Below are positions 53,110 to 63,917 of a stretch of DNA of 64,000 bases, piece by piece. The notes under the pieces are model-generated. The model saw only the letters and a list, made by a program, of their open reading frames with translations. It had not been told where the DNA came from and did not search any database. The stretch is taken from contig JBAXWF010000007.1 of assembly GCA_037128515.1 (NCBI GenBank), positions 5,021 to 69,020 of the forward strand, written 5' to 3'. The DNA comes from Bacteroidota bacterium (lineage in GTDB: Bacteria > Bacteroidota > Bacteroidia > Bacteroidales > CAIWKO01). Every line of letters begins with the position of its first letter. Within the stretch, counting starts at the first letter, position 1. The position numbers were made by a program, and so were the translations under genes.

Positions 53110-54888
53110 TTAGGCACTTCCTTTAACGTAATTCACCAAACCCTTAGCCTTAAAAATATTCATCAGCTTATCGGGAAGCGCATTAAAGGTGTAGGCTTTT
53201 CCGGCAATGGTGATGGTTCCTTTGGCCATATCCACCTCCACACTGTCGCCTTTTTTGTAGTTATCAACCGCTTCGGGCACCACCAAAATGGGCAGCCCCT
53301 GGTTCACAGCCGAGCGGTAAAAAATGCGGTTCACCGATTTGCAAATAACAGCCTGCACCCCTGCAAACGACAATCCCACGGCAGGATGCTCACGCGATGA
53401 GCCGCACCCAAAGTTCATGCCGGCAATCACAATGTCGCCTGCTTTCACGCCTTCGGCAAAACTTTCGTCAACCCCTTTAAACAAGTATGGCATAATTTTG
53501 TCGCCTTCCGAACTGTTGATGTTGTAGGTTAGGTTTCCGGCAAACATTTGGTCGGTATTCATGTTATCGATATCGCCATAGCCCCACACCCCTTTCTCCA
53601 GGCGCGATTCGCCTTTTTGCACCTGCACCGTTTGGCTTTGCTCGCCGGCAAACGGAAACTTGTCGTTGGCCACCGTGCCTCGTGGGTCGGTAATTTCGCC
53701 TTTCAAAGCGGAGTAGGCCACCGTGGCTGGGGAAGCCAAATAAATGTTGGCTTTTTCGTTGCCCATGCGTCCCAAGAAGTTGCGGTTGGCGGTCGAAATC
53801 ACGTTATAACCATCGGCCGGAATCCCCTGCCCCGTTCCCAAGCAAGGCCCACACGAAGGCGACAAAAAGTTAGCGCCACAGTTCAGCAAATCCACCACCA
53901 AACCCTCGGCCATCGCCTGTTTGTATATTTCCATCGAAGCCGGAATCACCAACAACTGAAACCCCACAGGCAGTTTTTTGCCTTTCAAAATGCTTGCCGC
54001 GATGCGTATATCCTCAATGCGGCCGTTGGTGCATGTGCCCACCAAGGCTTGGTTGAGCTTGGTACCCTGCACCTCCGACACCGCTTTCACATTATCCACA
54101 TTGTGGGGCGCAGCCACCACCGGAAACAGCGTGCTCAAATCAATTTCAAATTCTTTCAAATAACGTGCATCGGCATCGGCCCAAGTGCCTTGGGTTTTAG
54201 CACCAATAAAATCCCACAACACCTGGTCGGCTTCAAACACGGCGTTTTTGGCACCCATTTCCGAAGCCAGATTGGCAATCGTCATGCGGTCGGCTATGTT
54301 CAGTGTTTTCACTCCATTGCCATGATATTCAATCGACATATAATCGGCCCCATCCGAACCGATCATACCAATAATCCACAAAGCCACATCTTTGGCATAC
54401 ACGCCGGTGCTTAGCTTTCCTGTCAAGGTAATCTTCACCGATTCGGGTACCCGAAACCACGTTTCGCCTTGTTTCCACAATCCAGCCGTTTCGGTGCGGT
54501 CAATCCCTGCCGCAAAAGCATTAAAAGCCCCTGCCGTGCAAGTATGACTGTCGCTTCCCACAATAATCATGTTGGGCCGCGCATACAAGGACATCAACTG
54601 ATGACAAATGCCATTGCCCACATCATGAAACTTTGTGATACCTTGTTTTGCCACGATGTCTCGAATTTTCTGATAATCGTTGGCCAATTTGGCGTTGGTA
54701 GGTGGCGCATTATGATCCAAAACAATCAGCAACTGATCGGGATTGGCCACCCTATCGCCCCCCATTTTTGTAAAAGTAGCATTAATACTGGCTGTGTTAT
54801 CGTGCGAAAGCACGATGTCGGGTCGTTTAAAAACGATACTGCCGCAGTCGGCACCCAATACTTTTTCTGCAAATGTTTTTCCTGACAT
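53110..54888 (-). CDS. aconitase-family dehydratase, fused LeuC-like large and LeuD-like small subunit (3-isopropylmalate/homoaconitate dehydratase type)
   Basis: GSDSHT, CTNGR and CGPCLG cluster ligands, with a C-terminal GCGSSREHP swivel-domain motif in the same polypeptide. Confidence 0.75.
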   Translation of the reverse strand: MSGKTFAEKVLGADCGSIVFKRPDIVLSHDNTASINATFTKMGGDRVANPDQLLIVLDHNAPPTNAKLANDYQKIRDIVAKQGITKFHDVGNGICHQLMSLYARPNMIIVGSDSHTCTAGAFNAFAAGIDRTETAGLWKQGETWFRVPESVKITLTGKLSTGVYAKDVALWIIGMIGSDGADYMSIEYHGNGVKTLNIADRMTIANLASEMGAKNAVFEADQVLWDFIGAKTQGTWADADARYLKEFEIDLSTLFPVVAAPHNVDNVKAVSEVQGTKLNQALVGTCTNGRIEDIRIAASILKGKKLPVGFQLLVIPASMEIYKQAMAEGLVVDLLNCGANFLSPSCGPCLGTGQGIPADGYNVISTANRNFLGRMGNEKANIYLASPATVAYSALKGEITDPRGTVANDKFPFAGEQSQTVQVQKGESRLEKGVWGYGDIDNMNTDQMFAGNLTYNINSSEGDKIMPYLFKGVDESFAEGVKAGDIVIAGMNFGCGSSREHPAVGLSFAGVQAVICKSVNRIFYRSAVNQGLPILVVPEAVDNYKKGDSVEVDMAKGTITIAGKAYTFNALPDKLMNIFKAKGLVNYVKGSA

Positions 54889-55005
54889 AATTTTTTTAGT
54901 TTTTGGTGATACAAAGTTATATCCTATTTTCTGATTGCAAAACTATTTTTGCAGATAAACCTAAAATATTTTAAAACACCTTTTTTCGCAATAAGCAATA
55001 ATATG

Positions 55006-55013
55006 TATCTTTG
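55006..55013 (+). promoter_or_regulatory. -7 promoter box TATCTTTG
   Basis: Exact TAnnTTTG 23 nt upstream of the ATG at 55036, inside the longer track ORF. Confidence 0.45.
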
Positions 55014-55035
55014 CGCCGCACACCAACCTAATCGC

Positions 55036-57561
55036 ATGATAAAATACATATTAATTGCCATAATTTTTATGGTAGTTTCGGCCAAGGCAATGGCACAACC
55101 CTGGATGAATCACCCCTACCTGAACAAAACCAAAACCGAAGCCACATTTTTCGACATACAAAAAGCGTTTTACACCTATTGGGGCAACAAACCCTATGTG
55201 CGAAGCAAAGGCTACAAGCAGTTCAAACGTTGGGAATACAACATGCAACCCAAATGCTATCCCGATGGCAAATTTCCCGACCCCATGCAGTACAACAACG
55301 AGTACAAAAAGTTTCTGGCACAAAACCCCGCCATCAAATATAGCAAAGCACTGGCATCGTGGTTGCCCTTGGGGCTCACTTCGTGGACCAATGGCCAAAG
55401 CGGCTACAACCCCGGCAACGGGCGCTTGAACGCCGTAACTGTCGACAGGCAAAACCCCAACATTATTTATGTAGCAGCACCTTCGGGTGGCATTTGGAAA
55501 AGCAACGACGCCGGCATGAGTTGGAATACCACCTTCGACACCATGGACGTGTTGGGCACCTCCGCCGTTGCCATACATCCCACCAATCCTAACATAATTT
55601 ATATAGGCACTGGCGACCGCGATGCATGGGATACCAAAGGCACCGGCATCTATAAATCCATAGATGGCGGCTCAACTTGGACCCCCACCGCCATGCACTT
55701 TGCCGCAACCTATCGCAACTTCAACAAAATACTTATCAACCCCTTAAACCCCAACCGAATTTTGGCAGCCGCCAGCAACGGCATTTTTAGCTCCAAAAAC
55801 GGGGGCAACTCCTGGGTTCAAGTTTACACGGCCAGCGAGGTAAAAGATTTAAAATACAAACCCAACGACACCACCGTTGTTTTTGGCAGCGGCGCATTTT
55901 TTGTTCGCTCATCCAATGGTGGCAACAGTTTCACAAAAATCACAGCCGGCATTCCGAACGACACTGTGCGCATAGAGTTTGATGTTACCAAAGCGAACGC
56001 CAACTATGTGTATGCCGTGGTTTCGCGCCCCGACAATACCTTCGAAGGCGTTTACCGTTCCACAGATGCCGGATTGAATTTTATAGCCCGCACCAACTCG
56101 CCCAACATATTGGGCTATTCCGAAGATGGTAGCGATTCTAGCGGACAAGCATGGTACGATTTGGCTTTGGCTGTTTCGCCCACCAACGCCAACGAGGTTT
56201 TTGTGGGTGGTGTCAATGTTTGGAAATCGACCGATGGCGGACAAAACTTTTCGGTGAACACCATGTGGTATACCGGAAGCCCCATTAGCTATATACATTG
56301 CGACATACACTCCTTAAACTTTTATGGCGACTCCCTATATTGCGGAAGCGATGGCGGAATATTTTTAACCGCCGACCATGGCAATTCGTGGATTGATTTG
56401 AGTGCTGGGTTGGGTATATGTCAGTTCTACCGATTGGGCAGCAGCGAGTCGGCGCCATACGAAATTGCGGCAGGAGCGCAGGATGTAGGTTCCAATTTGT
56501 TTAAAAATAGCCAATGGACCCACGTTTATGGCGCCGATGGTATGGAAGCCATTGTAAACAATTTCGATTCGCAAAACATTTATGTATCGTCGCAAAGCGG
56601 TGGCATATTAAAATCAACCGACGGAGGGGATAATTTTAACGGAGCCGTACCTTTCGATACCTTGTCGGGAAGTTGGGTAACACCCTATGTGATGGACGCC
56701 AACAACGGCGATATACTGTGGGCAGGCTATCAGGAAGTTTATAAAACCACCGATGCAGCTGGCAGTTGGACCCAACTTTCCACAAACCTGAGCGGAGGCG
56801 AAAACCTGAATAATTTGGTGGTAGGTGCCAACAACAATAACTATATTTATGCCTCGAGCAGCGAATATTTGTACGTTTCCACCGACGGAGGCGCCAACTG
56901 GAACACCTACAATCCGGCCCCCGGTCAATTTATTTCCTACATCACCCTCGACCCCGACAACGCCACTAGAATTTGGATGACTATTACATCCAATGGGTCG
57001 GACAAGGTTTTGTATTCGCCAAATGCAGGTGTTACCTTTACCGATATTACCGGCAACCTAACCAATATGGGATTCAATTGCATTGCCTTCCAAAAAAATG
57101 CCAACGACGCCTTGTATGTTGGCACCGAAATCGGAATCTTTTACAAAGACACCACCATGACCAATTGGATAAGCTTCAACACCGATTTGCCCAACGTTAA
57201 AGTTAACGAACTGGAAATAAACTATGGCATAGGAAAAATTAGGGCAGCCACCTACGGAAGAGGAATTTGGGAAGCCACATTGTACAATCAAACCAGCATA
57301 CAAGAAATGTTTGCAGCCAATTTCAAAGTATATCCCAATCCAGCCAAAGGAGTAGTGAACATACAACTCGATAAATCGCTTAGCGGAAAGCTGCATATAA
57401 AATTATTTACCATTGTGGGTTCCGTGGCAAAACAATCGCAAGCCGATGCTAACGGACAATTGATATCGTTGGATGTTTCGAGTCTGGTGGCTGGCTCCTA
57501 TTTCTTGCGCATTTCAAGCGCAAGCGGAACTTTCACAAAGAAAATAGTTGTTATCAACTAA
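55036..57561 (+). CDS. secreted BNR/Asp-box (sortilin/VPS10-like) repeat protein with T9SS type A C-terminal sorting domain
   Basis: Signal peptide MIKYILIAIIFMVVSAKAMAQ, about 10 S-x-D-x-G-x-x-W/F Asp boxes, and C-terminus KVYPNPAKGVVNIQL...YFLRI. Confidence 0.8.
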   Translation: MIKYILIAIIFMVVSAKAMAQPWMNHPYLNKTKTEATFFDIQKAFYTYWGNKPYVRSKGYKQFKRWEYNMQPKCYPDGKFPDPMQYNNEYKKFLAQNPAIKYSKALASWLPLGLTSWTNGQSGYNPGNGRLNAVTVDRQNPNIIYVAAPSGGIWKSNDAGMSWNTTFDTMDVLGTSAVAIHPTNPNIIYIGTGDRDAWDTKGTGIYKSIDGGSTWTPTAMHFAATYRNFNKILINPLNPNRILAAASNGIFSSKNGGNSWVQVYTASEVKDLKYKPNDTTVVFGSGAFFVRSSNGGNSFTKITAGIPNDTVRIEFDVTKANANYVYAVVSRPDNTFEGVYRSTDAGLNFIARTNSPNILGYSEDGSDSSGQAWYDLALAVSPTNANEVFVGGVNVWKSTDGGQNFSVNTMWYTGSPISYIHCDIHSLNFYGDSLYCGSDGGIFLTADHGNSWIDLSAGLGICQFYRLGSSESAPYEIAAGAQDVGSNLFKNSQWTHVYGADGMEAIVNNFDSQNIYVSSQSGGILKSTDGGDNFNGAVPFDTLSGSWVTPYVMDANNGDILWAGYQEVYKTTDAAGSWTQLSTNLSGGENLNNLVVGANNNNYIYASSSEYLYVSTDGGANWNTYNPAPGQFISYITLDPDNATRIWMTITSNGSDKVLYSPNAGVTFTDITGNLTNMGFNCIAFQKNANDALYVGTEIGIFYKDTTMTNWISFNTDLPNVKVNELEINYGIGKIRAATYGRGIWEATLYNQTSIQEMFAANFKVYPNPAKGVVNIQLDKSLSGKLHIKLFTIVGSVAKQSQADANGQLISLDVSSLVAGSYFLRISSASGTFTKKIVVIN

Positions 57562-57562
57562 A

Positions 57563-57901
57563 TTATTTACGGATAAAGTGTGGCATGTCCATTGGTATTT
57601 CAATTGACAACTCAATATAGCCACTAAATTTGCCATCAACAAACAAGGGTGTTTGATGAATTATTTTTTTAATTCCGTTTTTTTCAATAGTATACGAATT
57701 CTCGTTGTGTGTTATTAACATGTCGGCCAATATACTTTTTGAGGGTTCGGGATGACAATCGAGTAAGCTTTGTCCCACTAATGCCGCTCCCCCATATTTC
57801 TCAAAGGTTTTAACCGATTTGTCGTTCATGTAAATTATAATGCCCTTTTCATCGCAAATAGTTACTGCAAATCGAGTTTCTTTAAAATAGTCCTGTTTCA
57901 T
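57563..57901 (-). CDS. single PAS-domain protein
   Basis: 112 aa with a PAS-like fold pattern (ICDEKGIIIYMNDKSVKTF...GQSLLDCHP). Overlaps the nth gene by 4 nt. Confidence 0.55.
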   Translation of the reverse strand: MKQDYFKETRFAVTICDEKGIIIYMNDKSVKTFEKYGGAALVGQSLLDCHPEPSKSILADMLITHNENSYTIEKNGIKKIIHQTPLFVDGKFSGYIELSIEIPMDMPHFIRK

Positions 57902-58548
57902 TTCTTGGTTTCTTTTTTTTGATAGTACTTACAAATTGTTGCGATGCCGCATTGGGCACACAAAGGTTTCCGAGCCTGACAAATATAACGTCCGTGCAAA
58001 ATCAACCAGTGATGCGCAATGCCAATTTTATTTTCGGGAATGTGTTTCACCAATTGTTTTTCGGTAGCTAAAGGCGTTTTAGCATTGTGAGTTAAGCCAA
58101 TTCGGGCAGCCACCCGAAACACATGCGTATCGACCGCCATAGCCGGTTTTTTAAAAACAACCGCAGCAATCACATTGGCGGTTTTACGTCCTACGCCGGG
58201 GAGTTTTTGCAGATCATCAAGGTCGGAAGGAATGAGTCCGTTAAAATCGTTCACCACCATGCTCGCCATTCCAATTAAATGCTTTGTTTTATTGTTGGGA
58301 TAGGAACACGTTCTGATTAATTGGAACACATCAGATTCATTTGCTTTCGCAAATGAATTTACGTCGGGAAATTTATTAAATAAACCCGGTGTTATCTTAT
58401 TCACCCTTTTATCGGTGCATTGCGCCGATAAAATAACAGCCACCAACAGTTGAAACGGATCATGGTAATCGAGCTCGGTGTCAGCCTTAGGTTGATGTTC
58501 TGAAAAATAATCTATAAAAAAATTATAGCGTTCTTTTATCGAAATCAT
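57898..58548 (-). CDS. nth: endonuclease III
   Basis: HhH-GPD (LPGVGRKTANV), catalytic K/D, and the C-terminal CX6CX2CX5C cluster. Confidence 0.9.
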   Translation of the reverse strand: MISIKERYNFFIDYFSEHQPKADTELDYHDPFQLLVAVILSAQCTDKRVNKITPGLFNKFPDVNSFAKANESDVFQLIRTCSYPNNKTKHLIGMASMVVNDFNGLIPSDLDDLQKLPGVGRKTANVIAAVVFKKPAMAVDTHVFRVAARIGLTHNAKTPLATEKQLVKHIPENKIGIAHHWLILHGRYICQARKPLCAQCGIATICKYYQKKETKK

Positions 58549-58565
58549 AAAAAGAATTTAGTGCA

Positions 58566-58596
58566 AAAATAAAAAAAGCTCCATTACGGAGCTTTT
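58566..58596 (-). terminator. Rho-independent terminator
   Basis: Stem agctcc/ggagct, with T7 on the minus strand. Confidence 0.55.
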
Positions 58597-58601
58597 GTAA
58601 A

Positions 58602-58904
58602 TCAGTTTTTGATTAATGTATCCAAATCCTTCTCACTGACATTGATGACAGCCAATGCTTTGGAATACGAAATAATGTTACTTACTATTTGGTCGGGTGG
58701 ATTTACCATAGTCTTCTCCAAATCGTGCTTTGCATCGTTTAACCGAACAAATTCTTTGTAAAGTAGGTTTTCGGTCTTAATTGCGTTTTTAATAGCATTT
58801 TTAGCAGACATGTCGGTAAATTCATCGTAAACAAAAAGTAGTAAATCGTCGAGTGTAATGGTTTTATTCATAGGCAACCCAATTTGTTTTAAAATTACAA
58901 TCAT
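58602..58904 (-). CDS. hypothetical protein downstream of the ECF sigma factor gene
   Basis: 100-aa ORF (possible internal start at 58871). No TM helix or zinc-finger anti-sigma motif seen. Confidence 0.4.
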   Translation of the reverse strand: MIVILKQIGLPMNKTITLDDLLLFVYDEFTDMSAKNAIKNAIKTENLLYKEFVRLNDAKHDLEKTMVNPPDQIVSNIISYSKALAVINVSEKDLDTLIKN

Positions 58905-58940
58905 AAAACGTAAGTAAAAAATGATTATTGTATATAAACA

Positions 58941-58973
58941 AAAAAAAACCGAAGAAATATCTCCGGTTTTTTT
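58941..58973. terminator. bidirectional-looking terminator hairpin
   Basis: Stem aaccgaag/ctccggtt (one mismatch), flanked by an A-run and a T-run. Confidence 0.5.
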
Positions 58974-58992
58974 ATAAATTAGTAAACAGTAG

Positions 58993-59580
58993 TTATGCTG
59001 TTAGTATTATTTCTTTTTCTTCAATTAATTTCCTCATGTTTATGAGTGCGTATCTCATTCTACCTAGTGCGGTATTAATACTAACATTTGTAGATTCAGC
59101 AATGTCTTTAAAACTCATATCGTAATAATGCCTCATAATAAGAACTTCTTTTTGTTCGGCTGGCAAGTAATCAATTAATGCTCTCACGTCACTGTGTATT
59201 TGGTCACGCACCAATTTATCTTCAATTGAATATTCAACAATTCGTATGGTATCAAAAATATCCTGTTCTTCTTTATTTTCAACAAAAGGAATACGTTTTG
59301 ATTTCCGAAAATGATCAATAACCAGGTTATGCGCTATACGCATTGTCCATTGTAGAAACTTCCCTTCTTCTTTGTATGCTCCAGTTCTAAGGGTATTAAC
59401 AACTTTTACAAAAGTATCTTGAAAAATATCTTCTGCAAGATGGGTATCCTTAACAACCATCAGGATGTACGTAAAAACTCTTTTTTTATGTCGATTGATT
59501 AGAATCTCTAGACAAGAATGGTTACCGGATAAATAGCAATCAATCAACTCCTGATCGCCAGTCATTTTTTTTATAGGCAT
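58993..59580 (-). CDS. RNA polymerase sigma-70 family factor, ECF subfamily
   Basis: Region 2 (FQDTFVKV..., W...IAHNLVIDHFR) and region 4 (LPAEQKEVLIMRHYYDMSFKDIAE). Confidence 0.85.
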   Translation of the reverse strand: MPIKKMTGDQELIDCYLSGNHSCLEILINRHKKRVFTYILMVVKDTHLAEDIFQDTFVKVVNTLRTGAYKEEGKFLQWTMRIAHNLVIDHFRKSKRIPFVENKEEQDIFDTIRIVEYSIEDKLVRDQIHSDVRALIDYLPAEQKEVLIMRHYYDMSFKDIAESTNVSINTALGRMRYALINMRKLIEEKEIILTA

Positions 59581-59756
59581 ATTACCTCCTTTTTAAAATA
59601 CAAGTTTCAAGGTAAATGTCTTATCCGATAGTTGTCCTCCAAGATTTAGGTTAAATCTTAATGATTTAACGATGAAAAGAATAAATTTATTGTGATGATT
59701 ATAAAAATAACGGACAAAGATACTATATTTTTTTCCAAATGCAAAACAATTTTTCA

Positions 59757-59764
59757 TAATTTTG
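59757..59764 (+). promoter_or_regulatory. -7 promoter box TAATTTTG
   Basis: Exact TAnnTTTG overlapping the track TTG start. The ATG at 59807 lies downstream. Confidence 0.4.
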
Positions 59765-59806
59765 AAAAAAAATTCCTCATTACACCTTTCTTATACACCT
59801 TTATTA

Positions 59807-62632
59807 ATGAAATTTCCAAATATTGAATCTTATAGTTCAAAAGATCACATTATAATAAAAAATGCCCGGGTTCACAATCTAAAAAACATCGATCTTGCTA
59901 TTCCCCGAAATAAATTTGTTGTAATTACCGGCTTATCGGGCTCCGGAAAATCATCACTAGCCTTTGATACCATTTATGCTGAGGGACAACGACGTTATGT
60001 TGAAAGTTTAAGTTCTTATGCCCGTCAGTTTTTGGGGCGTATGCCAAAGCCCGAAGTGGATTATATAAAAGGTATATGTCCTGCTATTGCAATTGAACAA
60101 AAGGTAAAAACGCACAACCCACGATCGACAGTAGGAACTTCGACTGAAATTTATGATTTTATAAAATTACTGTATGCAAGAGTTGGGAAAACATATTCGC
60201 CTGTTTCAGGCAACATTGTAAGGAAGGACACAATAACCGACGTTGTTGAATATATTTTATCGCGGGAAAATGGCAGTCAGGTATTAATTGCATGTCCGAT
60301 GGTTGTAAGCCAAGGACGCAGTGCTGAAGAACAGTTTCAAATTACGCAACAACAAGGGTTCAGAAGAATTACCGTTCATGGCGAATTAGTTAAAATTGAA
60401 GATTTTCAGTTTCCAAAGAAAAAATCTTCTTCGGAAATTAAAATCGATATAGTAATCGATAGAATTCTTATCGGGGACGCTATAGCTGAAAACCGCGATA
60501 GAATTGCTGATTCGGTGCAAACCGCTTTTTATGAAGGGAAAGGAAAATGCAGCATTGCATCAGAAATATACGGCGTTAAGACCGAAAAAGTTTTTAGTGA
60601 TAGATATGAAATGGATAATATGGAATTTGAAGAGCCATCGGTTAATCTGTTCACCTTCAATAATCCTTATGGCGCTTGCAAAACATGCGAAGGGTTCGGG
60701 AGTGTTATTGGTATTGACGAAGACCTTGTGATTCCCAACAAAAACTTATCTGTGTATGAAGAAGCCATAGCTTGCTGGAAAGGCGAAAAAATGAGTGAAT
60801 GGAAAGAGCAATTGGTAAACACAGCTTATAAGTTTGACTTCCCAATTCACAAGCCCTACTTTGAACTTACCATGCAACAAAAAGAATTGCTTTGGACAGG
60901 TAATTCGTATTTTGAAGGGATTAACGCATTTTTTAAACATGTTGAGGAACAAACATACAAAATTCAATACAGAGTTATGCTGGCCCGTTATCGCGGCAAA
61001 ACAGTTTGTCCGGATTGCAAAGGAACCCGTTTACGCAAAGATGCCACTTATGTTAAAATTGCGGAAAAATCTGTTATTGATTTAGTATTAATGTCTGTCA
61101 CCAATGCTAAAAAGTTTTTACAATCTATTAAATTTACTGATTACGACAAACAGATAACCAAAAGTATAGTACCCGAAATTATAAATCGCTTGCAATTTCT
61201 TATTGATGTCGGGTTGGGGTATCTCACTTTAAACAGGGCTTCCAATTCACTATCAGGTGGAGAATCGCAACGTATAAACCTGGCAACCGCACTTGGAAGC
61301 AGTTTGGTTGGTTCAATGTATATTTTGGATGAGCCAAGCATAGGTTTGCATCCTCGTGATACCGAACGATTGATAAAAGTATTAAGACGTTTGCGCAATA
61401 TCGGAAATTCGGTAATTGTTGTTGAGCATGATGAAGAAATCATAAAAGCAGCGGACCAAATAATTGATATTGGACCTTATGCAGGGAAACACGGTGGCGA
61501 ATTAATTTTCCAAGGGAATTTTAAAGAGCTGATTGAGAGCTCTGATTCTTTGACATCAAAATACCTTAATAAAATAACATCTATACCAGTACCAAAATGC
61601 AGGAGTCCATGGAAACAGTATATTGAAATACGTGGTGCACATGAACATAATTTGAAAAATATCAGTGTTAAATTTCCACTTAATGTTTTCACCGTGGTAA
61701 CCGGAGTTAGCGGTTCAGGAAAAACAACATTAGTGAAGAAAAGTTTTTATGCTGCACTAAAAAAAATTCACGGCGGATATTCTGAGAAAACCGGAAAACA
61801 TGCATCTTTGAAAGGGAATATAGATAGAATTACCCAAGTTGAATATGTTGATCAAAACCCCATTGGAAGATCCTCTAGATCAAATCCGGTAACATACATA
61901 AAAGCCTACGACGAGATTAGAAATCTTTTTGCTGATCAGCAATTATCAAAAGTTAGGGGATTTAAACCGGGATATTTTTCATTCAACATTCCCGGTGGCA
62001 GATGTGAAGAATGCCAGGGTGATGGATTTGTGGTAATTGAAATGCAGTTTATGGCCGACATTCATTTGGTTTGTGACAATTGCCAAGGGAAACGGTTTAA
62101 AGACGAAGTGCTTGATATCACATGGAACGGGAAAAATATAACTGATGTGCTCGATATGACCATTGATGAAGCATTACTATTTTTCGACAGACCGGGCAAA
62201 AAACATTCTGCTGAAGATCGCATTGTTGATAAAATGCAACCTCTGGCTGATGTCGGGCTTGGCTACGTAAAACTGGGACAACCATCAAGCACTTTAAGCG
62301 GTGGTGAAGCACAACGGTTGAAATTAGCTACTTTTCTTTCAAAAGGGGGTGTTGATAAGCAAACATTGTTTATTTTTGACGAACCCACCACCGGACTTCA
62401 TTTGCACGATATTCATAAACTTTATGATGCATTGATTGCATTGATTGCAAACGGGCACACTATTATTGTAATTGAACACAACATAGAATTAATAAAATGT
62501 GCCGACTGGCTTATTGACTTGGGGCCTGAAGGAGGTGATGAAGGTGGTTACGTGGTGTTTGAAGGCACTCCTGAAGAAATGGTATTAAAATCCGACTCTT
62601 ATACTGCAAAATTTCTCAAAGAAAAATTGTAA
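59807..62632 (+). CDS. uvrA: excinuclease ABC subunit UvrA
   Basis: Two ABC modules ([18 protein letters not shown]), LSGGE signatures and zinc-finger Cys pairs. Confidence 0.95.
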   Translation: MKFPNIESYSSKDHIIIKNARVHNLKNIDLAIPRNKFVVITGLSGSGKSSLAFDTIYAEGQRRYVESLSSYARQFLGRMPKPEVDYIKGICPAIAIEQKVKTHNPRSTVGTSTEIYDFIKLLYARVGKTYSPVSGNIVRKDTITDVVEYILSRENGSQVLIACPMVVSQGRSAEEQFQITQQQGFRRITVHGELVKIEDFQFPKKKSSSEIKIDIVIDRILIGDAIAENRDRIADSVQTAFYEGKGKCSIASEIYGVKTEKVFSDRYEMDNMEFEEPSVNLFTFNNPYGACKTCEGFGSVIGIDEDLVIPNKNLSVYEEAIACWKGEKMSEWKEQLVNTAYKFDFPIHKPYFELTMQQKELLWTGNSYFEGINAFFKHVEEQTYKIQYRVMLARYRGKTVCPDCKGTRLRKDATYVKIAEKSVIDLVLMSVTNAKKFLQSIKFTDYDKQITKSIVPEIINRLQFLIDVGLGYLTLNRASNSLSGGESQRINLATALGSSLVGSMYILDEPSIGLHPRDTERLIKVLRRLRNIGNSVIVVEHDEEIIKAADQIIDIGPYAGKHGGELIFQGNFKELIESSDSLTSKYLNKITSIPVPKCRSPWKQYIEIRGAHEHNLKNISVKFPLNVFTVVTGVSGSGKTTLVKKSFYAALKKIHGGYSEKTGKHASLKGNIDRITQVEYVDQNPIGRSSRSNPVTYIKAYDEIRNLFADQQLSKVRGFKPGYFSFNIPGGRCEECQGDGFVVIEMQFMADIHLVCDNCQGKRFKDEVLDITWNGKNITDVLDMTIDEALLFFDRPGKKHSAEDRIVDKMQPLADVGLGYVKLGQPSSTLSGGEAQRLKLATFLSKGGVDKQTLFIFDEPTTGLHLHDIHKLYDALIALIANGHTIIVIEHNIELIKCADWLIDLGPEGGDEGGYVVFEGTPEEMVLKSDSYTAKFLKEKL

Positions 62633-62639
62633 GTATCTT

Positions 62640-63917
62640 CTATATCGTGTAAGCATACAAATCGTATTGTTCCGCCTGATAAATTCTTACCTGATAAAAA
62701 TTACTAATAATAAGTTTTTTATTCGCCGGTATCAACACTTCGTTATCAATTTCAGGAGAATCAAATTCTGTACGTGCAATATAAAAGTCATTTTCTTTTC
62801 TATCAACGAGCACTTTCAAAGTTTTACCGATCATCGCTTGATTCAATGAGAAAGATATTTGCTGTTGCAACTCCATGAGCTTATTCATGCGAACAGTTTT
62901 TGTACTTTCTCTTATCTGAGGTTTGATTGCAGCCGCAGCAGTGCCTTCTTCCGACGAAAAACTAAATACACCTAGGCGTTCAAAACGTTGTTCTTTAACA
63001 AAATTGAACAACTCTTTAAACTGTGCAGCAGTTTCACCGGGATACCCAACAATAAAAGCAGTTCGGAGATGTATGCCCGGAATCTTATTTTGGATTTTTC
63101 GCAATAACTCGCGAGTACCTTTGCTGTCAATTCCTCTATGCATCGATTCCAAAATAGAATCATTGATATGTTGCAGCGGAATATCCAGATACTTGCAAAT
63201 GTTCCCTCTGCTTTGTATTATATCGAGAACATCCTCCGGAAAACCAGAAGGAAAGGCATAATGCAAGCGTATCCATTGGAATTGTTTGATATCAGAGAGT
63301 TTTTCGAGCAAACGAGCCAACATGCGTTTTTTGTAAAGGTCGAGGCCATAATAGGTGGTATCCTGAGCCACCACAATCAATTCTTTTACACCTTTGTCGG
63401 CCAGCATCTGGGCTTCTTCCAACACTTTTTCTATAGGAATGGAAACATTTTTGCCGCGAATAAAAGGGATGGCACAAAACGAACAGGTGCGGTCGCAACC
63501 TTCGGCGATTTTTAAATAGGCATAATGACAGGGAGTAGTAATGATTCGATTGGCTGTAATATCCACATTCGACTTAGTAAAATTTTTAAGTAGCATAGGT
63601 ATTTCAGCGAAACCATAAATGCCATCTAATTCGGGAATTTCGTTTAACAGATCGGCTTTATATCGTTGAGCCAAACATCCGGTTGCAAAAACTTTTTTTA
63701 CTTTATGCCGGTTTTTAGCTTCAACATAATAAAGCAATGTATCTATGGATTGTTGCTTTGCATCATTTATAAAACCGCAAGTATTTACCAGAACAATATC
63801 GGTAAATTTGGTGGAATTATGAACAATATCAAATGTTTCGGCAGGAATGTTTCCCATGATTTTTTCGGAATCCACAACATTTTTGGCACACCCTAATGTA
63901 ACCACATTTATGCTCAT
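62640..63917 (-). CDS. rimO: ribosomal protein S12 methylthiotransferase RimO
   Basis: MTTase N-domain (TLGCAKNVVDSE), radical SAM CDRTCSFC, and a C-terminal TRAM domain. ATG at 63917, preceded by an A-rich tract, is preferred over 63947. Confidence 0.8.
   Translation of the reverse strand: MSINVVTLGCAKNVVDSEKIMGNIPAETFDIVHNSTKFTDIVLVNTCGFINDAKQQSIDTLLYYVEAKNRHKVKKVFATGCLAQRYKADLLNEIPELDGIYGFAEIPMLLKNFTKSNVDITANRIITTPCHYAYLKIAEGCDRTCSFCAIPFIRGKNVSIPIEKVLEEAQMLADKGVKELIVVAQDTTYYGLDLYKKRMLARLLEKLSDIKQFQWIRLHYAFPSGFPEDVLDIIQSRGNICKYLDIPLQHINDSILESMHRGIDSKGTRELLRKIQNKIPGIHLRTAFIVGYPGETAAQFKELFNFVKEQRFERLGVFSFSSEEGTAAAAIKPQIRESTKTVRMNKLMELQQQISFSLNQAMIGKTLKVLVDRKENDFYIARTEFDSPEIDNEVLIPANKKLIISNFYQVRIYQAEQYDLYAYTI

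Noticed and set aside
53548-54414. 288-aa plus-strand ORF inside the aconitase-family gene
   Set aside because: It is antisense to a motif-rich gene and its sequence is low-complexity (His/Arg/Gln-rich).
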